Part shown: positions 39,567-47,790 of the stretch, in pieces
Numbering within the stretch: position 1 is the first letter of the stretch
Layout of the letters: each line of letters opens with the position of its first letter
Source: an uncultured delta proteobacterium
GTDB taxonomy: Bacteria; Desulfobacterota; Desulfobacteria; Desulfobacterales; SG8-13
Assembly: GCA_963825595.1 (NCBI GenBank)
Contig: CAWGUE010000034.1
Span: forward strand, 99,377 to 163,376
Length of the DNA stretch: 64,000 bases
Direction of reading: 5' to 3'
Made by a program: the position numbers and the translations under genes
Notes under the pieces: model-generated
Told to the model about the DNA's origin: nothing
The model's database searches: none
Seen by the model: only the letters and a program-made list of their open reading frames with translations

Positions 39567-40235
39567 CTACTTCGCCATCATGGCCCGCATCATGTCTCCG
39601 GCATTTTCAGCGTGATCCGCGATCGAGCCGATGGTTTCAGCCAGCCGGATCATATGAAATATGGTCACCGGATCCAGATTTGAATTGAACATTCTTCTTT
39701 TGAGCTGATCCTCGAGTTGGTCTGCTTCGTGTTCATGCTTGCGCAGGTTTCGTATGATGTCCTTGACCACCACGCGCTGCTTCTCCGAAAAATTCTGGAA
39801 GAACTTCCGCGCTTCGCTGACCATGCTGCTCAACTCTTCGATCGGTTCGATCACCGCATCCACCAGGAGAACAAAATCCTTCTGGAAATCTTGCGGTATA
39901 CCGGGTTCGTTGCGGTAGGAGATCCAATCCAACGTGTCTTCGACAGAATCGAGCACACGGTCCTGTTCGCGCAGATAGCGGAAAATCTGAAACTTGTCCA
40001 CCGGCAGCAGGGTGCCCTTGGGCAGGTGCCCGCGGATCCGCCGCTTGACGGCATCGGCGTCGTGCTCGAGCCGGTGCACCTCCATTCTGAATTCCTCGAA
40101 TCGCGTGCAGTCTCTGGATATGTGGCACTCGATGGCCTGTTGAAAGGTCCAGGTGCACTCTTTGATGATCTCTGCATGCTCATGCAGCCCTTCAAAGGGC
40201 GAGGTCATGAACATGGAAATGAATGGTATTCGCAT
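39567..40235 (-). CDS. DUF47/TIGR00153 PhoU-like phosphate transport regulator
   Basis: The 222-aa helical protein sits immediately downstream of pitA in the same operon. Confidence 0.82.
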   Translation of the reverse strand: MRIPFISMFMTSPFEGLHEHAEIIKECTWTFQQAIECHISRDCTRFEEFRMEVHRLEHDADAVKRRIRGHLPKGTLLPVDKFQIFRYLREQDRVLDSVEDTLDWISYRNEPGIPQDFQKDFVLLVDAVIEPIEELSSMVSEARKFFQNFSEKQRVVVKDIIRNLRKHEHEADQLEDQLKRRMFNSNLDPVTIFHMIRLAETIGSIADHAENAGDMMRAMMAK

Positions 40236-40249
40236 ATCCCTGATCTCCT

Positions 40250-41476
40250 TTACAAAAAATACTCCAGGATCTTGAAGATAACGACACTGGTAATCGCTGA
40301 CGCCGGGACGGTCAGTACCCAGTAGATGATGATTTTAAATATGATACGAAAATTGACCGCTTCAATTCCGCGGGCCAGCCCGACCCCCATGACCCCTCCC
40401 ACGGCCGCGTGGGTAGTCGAGACCGGTAGCCCCAGTTTAGATGCAATCAAAACCGTGGTGGCGGCCGCAAATTCGACCGAGAAGCCGCGGGAATTGGTCA
40501 GGGTCGTAATTTTGGTGCCGATGGTTTCCATAACGCGGTGACCCGCCATCCCGATACCGCAGGCAATGCCGACGCCGCCGAAAAGGAGCAGGAATGTCGG
40601 CACCGGTACCTGGGTCCCGATTTCGCCGGTCTTGACCAGAAAATAAATCACCGCCAGAGGGCCGATGGCATTGGCGACATCGTTGGCCCCCTGGGCCAGA
40701 GCCACGTAGCAGGCTGTGGCGATCTGGATTCTTTTAAAAATAGCCTCTTCTCCATGCGGACCTTTAGGACGGATGATCCGTTCCATCAGTTTCATTCCGG
40801 CCACCCCCAGTGCGATGGATATCAACGCGGCCAGCAGCAGCGCACTCGGGGTTCCCAGCGACAGTGTTTTGCCCAGGGGCGTTTTGAACAGAAACGAGAG
40901 CGCCACCACAAATACAGTCATACCGATAAACCACGGCGAAAGACGGAGGGCCCGATCAAAAGGGTCACTCCGAGTCAAAATCAACTTGACGATGATTTTG
41001 AATATAAAATAGCCAATCACCAAGCTGAATACCGGTGAGATGACCCAACTCAGGACGACAGCCCCGAGTTTGTCCCAATTAATAACCGAAAATCCGCCGG
41101 CCATGATGCCGAACCCTATCATGGCCCCGACGATCGAATGGGTCGTTGAGACCGGAAGGGAGCGCCAGGTGGCAAAAGACACCCACAACGCTGAGGCCAG
41201 CAAAGCGGAGAGCGCCCCGATCAGTGCCAGATGGGGATCGGATAGAACGTCGGTCGATACGATCCCCTTGCGGATGGTGTCTGTGACGTGCGATCCGATG
41301 AAGACAGCGCCGACAATATTTAAAATGCCGGCAATGAAAAGCGCCTGGCGAATGGTGATGGCCTTGGATCCCACGGTGGAAGCCATGGAATTGGCAACAT
41401 CGTTGGCCCCGATGTTCCAGGCCATGTAGAAACCGAATATATAACCGATGATCAGAACAGTGTATTCAGATGTCAT
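40250..41476 (-). CDS. pitA: PiT-family inorganic phosphate transporter
   Basis: The 408-aa ORF has the duplicated PiT signature GANDVANSMASTVGS and GANDVANAIGPL. Confidence 0.92.
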   Translation of the reverse strand: MTSEYTVLIIGYIFGFYMAWNIGANDVANSMASTVGSKAITIRQALFIAGILNIVGAVFIGSHVTDTIRKGIVSTDVLSDPHLALIGALSALLASALWVSFATWRSLPVSTTHSIVGAMIGFGIMAGGFSVINWDKLGAVVLSWVISPVFSLVIGYFIFKIIVKLILTRSDPFDRALRLSPWFIGMTVFVVALSFLFKTPLGKTLSLGTPSALLLAALISIALGVAGMKLMERIIRPKGPHGEEAIFKRIQIATACYVALAQGANDVANAIGPLAVIYFLVKTGEIGTQVPVPTFLLLFGGVGIACGIGMAGHRVMETIGTKITTLTNSRGFSVEFAAATTVLIASKLGLPVSTTHAAVGGVMGVGLARGIEAVNFRIIFKIIIYWVLTVPASAITSVVIFKILEYFL

Positions 41477-41626
41477 AGTTATCCAGAATTCGTCGCGGTC
41501 TGTTCAGCCGATGGTATCGCTCATTCGATCCGGAACGCCTTGGGTGGTCTCTCCAGCAGACGTTCCTATGGGACCAAGGCTCTTGAGCCGCTATGTTTCA
41601 GCCTGAATGACAAGCCATCGATTCGG

Positions 41627-41644
41627 GTGTTAGAAAATTATTAG
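41627..41644 (+). promoter_or_regulatory. Candidate Pho box upstream of the pitA operon
   Basis: GTGTTAG-AAAA-TTATTAG lies 151-168 nt upstream of the pitA start. Its orientation relative to the gene matches the pstC box. Confidence 0.5.
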
Positions 41645-41697
41645 GATAGGTTGGCGACCCATAACACGGAGGTTTTTTTAGTTCAACGGTTAATTCG

Positions 41698-41880
41698 TGC
41701 CCATCCACGACTTTATGAAGAGCACTAATAAGTTTCCGATTCAGAAATGTGCAATTTTCTGCAAGTTCAAGGAAATCAAGGAATTGCGCGGAGGCATACT
41801 TGTGTACGCCGCACAAACGATTCCGCCGATTGACGCCGAAATTGCGGAAAAGGGCCATTTATGGACGGAAACTAATTCGG
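41698..41880 (-). mobile_element. MITE-like repeat, copy 3 (reverse orientation, divergent core)
   Basis: It begins GTGCCCATCCACGA (41698) and ends GGGCCATTTATGGACGGAAAC (41880). It shares the subterminal TCCGATTCAGAAATG..AATTTTCT block with copies 1 and 2, but the central part differs. Confidence 0.5.
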
Positions 41881-41945
41881 AGACGCGAGAAGGAAGGATT
41901 CCGGATTTGGTTTAACGTACGAAGGTGACAAATAGGCATCGGAGG

Positions 41946-43739
41946 TTATTCGGGGCTATTTTTTTGTTGGCGCGGCAGGTGGATGATAAAGATGCTCCCC
42001 TGCCCCAACGTACTTTCAACGTTGATGTGGCCGCCGTGGACCTGGACGATATGCTTGACGATCGCCAGGCCGAGCCCGGTACCGCCCAATTTACGGCTCC
42101 GGGCCGTGTCGACCCGATAGAACCTTTCGAAGAGCCTGGGCAGATGTTTCTGGGGAATTCCGGCTCCCTGGTCAGCTATTTCGATTTTGAATTCTTTTGT
42201 CTCACTGCGTGCCGTCACGGCGACACGGCTGCCCTCGCCACTGTATTTGACGGCATTGTCGATCAGGTTGACAAGGGCCTGTTCCAGCAGGGTGGCATCC
42301 AAGTCGGCTGTAATATCATCCGGGACATCAAGATCGATGGTGATGCCCTTGGCCGTTGCTTTGGGTTGGCAAATCTGGACAGCCGTTTGGATGACGTCCC
42401 TGATGCGGCCTTCAGCCAGGTGAATGCTCGTATTGTCGTTCTCCTGCTCCATCCTTGAGAGCAACAGCAGATCTTCGAGAATGGCGTTGAGCCGGTTAAC
42501 ATGCTTGAGTATGATGCTTAAAAATCGCTCCTCTTCCTCCCGACTTTGCCCTTCTCCCTGCTGAAGGGTCTCCACAAACCCTTTGATGGCTGTCAGGGGG
42601 GTTTTGAGCTCGTGGGACACGTTGGCCACAAAATCACTTCTGACATTCTCCAGATGACGGAGGCGGGTGACGTCATTGATAACCAGCAGTGTCCCGATCT
42701 GCTGGCTGCCGGCATCATAGAGTGGTGAACTGTGAACGTTGAGAATACGTTCTTCTCTTCGGTACAGGACAAAGTCGCCTTCTATAATTTCGCTTGTCTT
42801 GAGAGCGCGGGCGGCAAACCGCTGAAGAGCCAGGTTGCGGATCACTTCCTGGAGGTTGCGCCCCGGAACCTTGCCCGGATCACAGTCGAAAATCCCGCCG
42901 GCGGCAGGATTCATGTTGATGATACGCTCATTGCGGTCCAGGGCGACCACACCTTCGAGCATGCTGGAGAGCACGGCTTCGAGTTCGTTGCGCTGCTGGA
43001 GCACTGTCCTCATCCGGTTGTCCAGCTGAGCGGCCATGCGGTTCATTGCTTCGGACAGGTCGGCCATTTCTTTTGTATTCGGAACAGGAAGCCGGTGCGT
43101 CAGATCTCCCTCAAAAAAACGAATGGCGCCCTGCCTGATTTTTTCAATAGGTTCGCTGATGCGCCGTGAAACCACCAGGCTCACAAAAGCAGCCAAAGCG
43201 GCGATCACCAGGCCGCCGAAAGCGATTTGCAACTGTACTGAATGCAGGGTCTGATCCAGTGAGGCAACCGAAACGGCAGTGCGGAGAACGGCTGCGACCC
43301 TCCCATCTGCCAGCAAGGGAACAGCCACGTACATCATTTTCTGATGCAGGGTGCCACTGAAGCGGACGGATCGCGTGACACTTCCGGCCAGCGCACCGGC
43401 GACTTCGGCGCGGTCGGCATGGTTGTCCATGAACCGGGGCGTTTCCCTGGAATCACCGACAACTTTACCGTCCGGCAAAATGACCGTGATCCGTGTGGCG
43501 GAAACCTGACCGGCGTTTTTGCAAAAATTGTCGACAGCGGCAGGCTCGAGAGGGTTGAGCAATCCGCCGATCTGCTTTTTAATCAGGTAAGCGCGGGCTT
43601 CGAGGTCTTTGGCGGTCTGGTCGAGATAAAACCGGACAAGCGTGTCCGATGCATACCACGTAACGGCCATAAGGGACACTATCGTGATGAGCAGATATGG
43701 CGGGTAGAGCTGCCATATCAAACGCCGCCTGCGTTTCAT
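41946..43739 (-). CDS. phoR: PhoR-like sensor histidine kinase (TM-HAMP-PAS-HisKA-HATPase)
   Basis: The ORF 41946..43931 has its real start MKRRRRLIWQLYPPYLL at 43739, overlapping the phoB stop (ATGA). It has the H-box FVANVSHELKTPLT and G-boxes DQGAGIP and GGTGLGLAIV. Confidence 0.85.
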   Translation of the reverse strand: MKRRRRLIWQLYPPYLLITIVSLMAVTWYASDTLVRFYLDQTAKDLEARAYLIKKQIGGLLNPLEPAAVDNFCKNAGQVSATRITVILPDGKVVGDSRETPRFMDNHADRAEVAGALAGSVTRSVRFSGTLHQKMMYVAVPLLADGRVAAVLRTAVSVASLDQTLHSVQLQIAFGGLVIAALAAFVSLVVSRRISEPIEKIRQGAIRFFEGDLTHRLPVPNTKEMADLSEAMNRMAAQLDNRMRTVLQQRNELEAVLSSMLEGVVALDRNERIINMNPAAGGIFDCDPGKVPGRNLQEVIRNLALQRFAARALKTSEIIEGDFVLYRREERILNVHSSPLYDAGSQQIGTLLVINDVTRLRHLENVRSDFVANVSHELKTPLTAIKGFVETLQQGEGQSREEEERFLSIILKHVNRLNAILEDLLLLSRMEQENDNTSIHLAEGRIRDVIQTAVQICQPKATAKGITIDLDVPDDITADLDATLLEQALVNLIDNAVKYSGEGSRVAVTARSETKEFKIEIADQGAGIPQKHLPRLFERFYRVDTARSRKLGGTGLGLAIVKHIVQVHGGHINVESTLGQGSIFIIHLPRQQKNSPE

Positions 43740-44434
43740 TCTTTCTCCCTGAAACGGTACCCGACGCCGCGAACCGTCTCGATGAACTCGCCGTGGGTAC
43801 CGAGCTTCTTTCTCAAGCCGACGATTTGGACATCGACACTGCGGTCGGTTACAGGATAATCGTCGCCGCGCACGGCATCGACGATCTGTGTGCGGGTAAA
43901 TACCCAGCCGGGCCTGCGAGCCAGGCTCCACAACACCTGAAATTCTGTGTAGGTCAACCCTACCAGTTGGCCGTCGACCGTGACACTGCGTTTCCCGGGA
44001 TCGATTTCAAAACCGTGAATCCGGATAACCGCGGTGTCGTCTTCGGGCTCGGTTGATTTTCGACGCAGCACCGCCCGGACGCGGGCGGTCAGAATTCTGG
44101 GGCTGAACGGTTTGGTGATGTAGTCGTCTGCGCCGAGTTCCAGTCCCGCAACGACATCCGATTCCTCGCCCTTGGCCGTCAACATGACCACCGGAACGCT
44201 GCGGGTCTTTTGATCGTCTTTGAGCTTGCGGGTCACCTCGAGGCCATCGATACCCGGTAACATCAGATCGAGGATGATAAGATCGTATATCTCTGATCGG
44301 GCCTTCTTTAAGGCATCTTCTCCGGTCAGTGCACAGGTGATTTTATACCCGTCCTTATTGAGATTATAGCGCACCAACTCAAGAATGTCTTCTTCATCAT
44401 CGACAACAAGTACCTTTTCTTTTGCCATATCCAT
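43736..44434 (-). CDS. phoB: OmpR/PhoB-family response regulator
   Basis: The 232-aa ORF has a receiver domain (VLVVDDEEDI, LDLMLPGIDG) followed by a winged-helix domain (LTYTEFQVLW...VDVQIVGLRKKL). Confidence 0.88.
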   Translation of the reverse strand: MDMAKEKVLVVDDEEDILELVRYNLNKDGYKITCALTGEDALKKARSEIYDLIILDLMLPGIDGLEVTRKLKDDQKTRSVPVVMLTAKGEESDVVAGLELGADDYITKPFSPRILTARVRAVLRRKSTEPEDDTAVIRIHGFEIDPGKRSVTVDGQLVGLTYTEFQVLWSLARRPGWVFTRTQIVDAVRGDDYPVTDRSVDVQIVGLRKKLGTHGEFIETVRGVGYRFREKE

Positions 44435-44589
44435 CCATCCCGTTTACTTTACTTGAGGCGATCTGTTCCAGGTTCGAAGCACAATGATTACAGCATGTTG
44501 ACATCAAGTACATTACAAGCATTGTGTGGGTTAGCCACTATTGCCCAGGGGTGACGTATGTACCTCGACCCGATGAACGCATAAGTTAA

Positions 44590-44618
44590 CTGTTAGAAGC
44601 CGGTTAGGTCGTTTTAGC
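44590..44618 (+). promoter_or_regulatory. Pho-box array (3 repeats) upstream of phoBR
   Basis: CTGTTAG-AAGC-CGGTTAG-GTCG-TTTTAGC has an exact 11-bp period. Confidence 0.55.
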
Positions 44619-44685
44619 CATGAAGGATCTCTCCAACACGATTTTTAAATACGATTTGATTACGGATTCGGGATTTATCGCAAAA

Positions 44686-44725
44686 GTGTTACCTTCCAGT
44701 TAGAGTTCTATTAGAATCGTGTTGC
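44686..44725 (+). promoter_or_regulatory. Pho-box array (4 repeats) upstream of phoBR
   Basis: GTGTTAC-CTTC-CAGTTAG-AGTT-CTATTAG-AATC-GTGTTGC has an exact 11-bp period. Confidence 0.6.
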
Positions 44726-44797
44726 TGACAGATCCAATTGTCCAATAGTTACCGGGGATAACGGTTCCCGGTCACCTGTCAGGCAGCCTGTATCCGC

Positions 44798-46471
44798 CTA
44801 ATCAATTTCTTCCAGAACACCCGGCAGCTGACTTCGGCAGGCAACCGCAAAGTCTTCCGGGTAGTGCCCGTTGATCCAGCGCATCTGGGCTTCGCTAAAG
44901 GCCCCTGGCGACTCGGGAACACGGGGCAGAAAGGCGTAAAGCAACCGTTGGTCGCTATCGTCGTTGTCAAACCGTTTGGCATACTCGATAACGGTAACCA
45001 TCCTGGACCCCAAGGCCGACAGTATTTTCATGGCAATCAGCATGGCCCTGTCGAGTGCTGACCGGGTGATAATGTCAGCCTCTAAGATGTTACCGATAGC
45101 ACCGCAAGTCACTATCTGAAGCTCCCACTGGGAGGTCTGGGCCTTGGGCACGAAAAGCATGACCCGGTCATCTTCGTAAATGATCAAGCTGTTCTCCCGG
45201 TCGCGGCGACCATCCAGGCGCTGATTGCTGCGAATCGCCTCCAGGTAAGCGTCGAAAAAAGGCCTGCCCGTGTCGTTACGGTATTTGTCTGTAAATTCCT
45301 GAATCATGTCACCGCAACAGAATGCCTTGAGCGGTTCTTCGGATGGTTGGCCGTTGTTGTCGGAGCTCGCCAGCTCCGGAACCATGGCATACTGTTGGTG
45401 AATTTGCTGGTGGGAAGCATGCAGGCGGTAGCCACTGGGTGAATAGTCAAACCCGAAGTTCCAGCCCCACAGGGTAGCGTTGAACCGGGGTCGTGACGTT
45501 CTACCGTTTGTGTTGAGCGTGTGACCGATCGCGCAGCGCAACTCTTCCAGCGTTTCGGCTGACAGGGTCGCACGCGCCGGCGGTAGCGGCAACCCAAGCT
45601 CGCGGGCCACACGGACGTAGGTCCGCTGATAATACAAATGGCGCATGCCGGTGATGTCCTTTAAACTGAGATCTTCGATCCGGTAGCGAATGGCATCGTC
45701 GGCCATGTTGGCGGCATAATGTCCCCACGGGATATAGCTGTTGCGGCGCAGATACTCGAACACATGACTGTCGCGGCCCTGGTCCTGCCAGTCGCCGACG
45801 ATCTCGCTGCCGCCTTGAGCACCGGGTCGTATCACCATCACCGTCTTGTAATCATCGGGCAACAGGGCATTGTTGGCTATAGCGTCAAACAGATGCATGT
45901 TTGCGATGGCCGCCCTGGATTGACCATTTTCATCATTATCAAAAACCAGGCCAACCGGCCGGCCGGTTTCCAAATCGTAAACAAACTCGCAACACTGTTC
46001 CGACAGGCGCCTGAGGTCCTCCGGGTCAGTGGAGTTTGTGGCCAGCGCCAACTTCAGAGCGTCCGGGAGCGATCGAAACATCCGGTCGATCCGGTGTTCC
46101 GGTAATTCACTGTCGCCGCCCCATTCCTCGATATATTTGAAAAAAGAGCATGCCTGCGGTTTAGGTAGCGAAATGGCCGTCGGGTCGGCCGTTTTGGCGT
46201 CCGCCCAACTTTTGAGGATGTAGGTAACCCCCCGAAAGGGAAACGCATTGGGGATTTCATATATGATATCCGTCCCTCGCTCCTCGACGTCACCGGGCGG
46301 AAAGTTGACATGATTGTGCACCGGTCGGAAATCCCGGTCAGCACCGAGCGCCTGAATGTGGTCACCGTGCCTCAGATTGCTGACGGTATAGCTCGGTTTA
46401 TGAACACCATATACAAAGCGGCCGGACGGTGCCACGCAAGTCCTCGGCATCATGACTGAATACTCCTCCAT
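44798..46471 (-). CDS. Uncharacterised GalT-branch HIT-like nucleotidyltransferase/phosphorylase (557 aa)
   Basis: The long ORF has coding-like composition. It contains GFDYSPSGYRLHASHQQIH (an HxHxQ nucleotidyl-histidine motif). A GalT C-terminal-half-like segment follows (IIYEDDRVMLFVPKAQTSQWELQIV). The functional call is tentative. Confidence 0.5.
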   Translation of the reverse strand: MEEYSVMMPRTCVAPSGRFVYGVHKPSYTVSNLRHGDHIQALGADRDFRPVHNHVNFPPGDVEERGTDIIYEIPNAFPFRGVTYILKSWADAKTADPTAISLPKPQACSFFKYIEEWGGDSELPEHRIDRMFRSLPDALKLALATNSTDPEDLRRLSEQCCEFVYDLETGRPVGLVFDNDENGQSRAAIANMHLFDAIANNALLPDDYKTVMVIRPGAQGGSEIVGDWQDQGRDSHVFEYLRRNSYIPWGHYAANMADDAIRYRIEDLSLKDITGMRHLYYQRTYVRVARELGLPLPPARATLSAETLEELRCAIGHTLNTNGRTSRPRFNATLWGWNFGFDYSPSGYRLHASHQQIHQQYAMVPELASSDNNGQPSEEPLKAFCCGDMIQEFTDKYRNDTGRPFFDAYLEAIRSNQRLDGRRDRENSLIIYEDDRVMLFVPKAQTSQWELQIVTCGAIGNILEADIITRSALDRAMLIAMKILSALGSRMVTVIEYAKRFDNDDSDQRLLYAFLPRVPESPGAFSEAQMRWINGHYPEDFAVACRSQLPGVLEEID

Positions 46472-47003
46472 ATACGTCCCGATAATGTTCCCGTTCGATT
46501 CGTCGCATTACACCGCTTTTCAAAAATAAACTCCCGAAAAACGGAAGGGCGGTATAGTTGATTGTAAAAAAACGTTCGAAAAACGGAATGTTATTTATAA
46601 CAATCACTACATACTGCAGCACATGTCAATGGAATATTCAAAATCAAAATTCACTGTAAGACAAGCACTTAAAGATTTTATTAATTTTTCGTAGAAGGAA
46701 TCTGTACAACAGGGAAAGTGTAACGCAGGGGAACCTGAATCAAAAAAAACCTCCAGCCAGGCAAGGTACCGAGGAAACCAGTGCCCCGATAGCCGGTACA
46801 CGATAGATGGCAGTCTTAACCGGGTATTGAAAACATGGTGGGCGCCGGCGAGACAAGTCAAAATCCGACGAAAAAGCGGCGTTTAATTTTAATAAATGAG
46901 TAGGCCGAGAAGGATTTTAACGCCGTATCGTCAGGCGCTATAGGTTTTGTACAGTCAGTTTGAGAATTTATGCGATAAGAATATGGAGGGATACTGAAAT
47001 GAC

Positions 47004-47234
47004 TTAACTGTCCTCTTCACTCATTTGTTCTTGACCTTCATAGAGTTCTTGATAGGCGTCTCTTCTCTCCAGATCTTTACGGAAACGCAGCATCAGTGCT
47101 GTTCTGCGATCAGAGCCGCTTCTGCGATACCGTTGCCAGCGGCGCTCCGGGAACCGATAGGCTGATGTACGCTTGCGCCTGTCCGCCAATCGGCGGCGAC
47201 CGCCATTATCTGACATATCAGTTCGTCTCGCCAC
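47004..47234 (-). CDS. Small Arg-rich protein with repeated DRR/ERR motifs and an acidic tail
   Basis: The 76-aa ORF contains LADRRK, FPERRW, GSDRRT and LERRD, and ends EGQEQMSEEDS. No homology was recognised and coding status is uncertain. Confidence 0.4.
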   Translation of the reverse strand: MARRTDMSDNGGRRRLADRRKRTSAYRFPERRWQRYRRSGSDRRTALMLRFRKDLERRDAYQELYEGQEQMSEEDS

Positions 47235-47683
47235 CCCTGTTGTTTCCCTCCGTCAACGCGGTTTTGCAGCGGGCCCGCCTTTAGGTTTATCGTGGCACTG
47301 CACATTCAGCAAATATATCTCCGGTATCATTCTATTTACGCCGTGCCCACGATCTGAAATCGGAATCCGGTCTGCATCATATTGCTGAATTAGTCCGTAT
47401 TATACCATTAAACAGTGGTTAAGACCAGCACAGGATTGAGAATTGCTGCTTAAACCGATGCAAAAAACATGCAATTTGCCCCAAATATTAAATACATTAT
47501 AAATTCAGTGTATTAAAATTTAAATTTCATTGAAATAGACATAAACTAGGAAACCACTTTCCCATTAAATATGATGTTTTCTTCCCACTTTCCCGCCCTG
47601 CCATTGCCCTGGATATCCGGGTGATTAAGAACGACCAAGCGGCTAATGGTATGATTTGACAAATATGGTTCCATTCTTAAATT

Positions 47684-47790
47684 TGTGCCCATCCACGAGT
47701 GGTTAATAAACATTGGTGTGACAGGCATGCTGCCACACTGTTTCAGGGCCGATTCAGCCCACAAGTCAAAACCCATCCTGACATGTCGCT
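47684..47790 (-). repeat. MITE-like repeat, copy 4 (partial or degenerate)
   Basis: It starts TGTGCCCATCCACGAG as in copy 3 and contains CCGATTCAG. The far end is not recognisable and it abuts the polX start. Confidence 0.35.

Noticed and set aside
47459-47477. Sigma-54-like TGCATG-TTTT-TTGCA on the minus strand upstream of the Arg-rich ORF
   Set aside because: The essential -24 GG dinucleotide is missing (TG instead). It is probably a chance palindrome (TGCA...TGCA).
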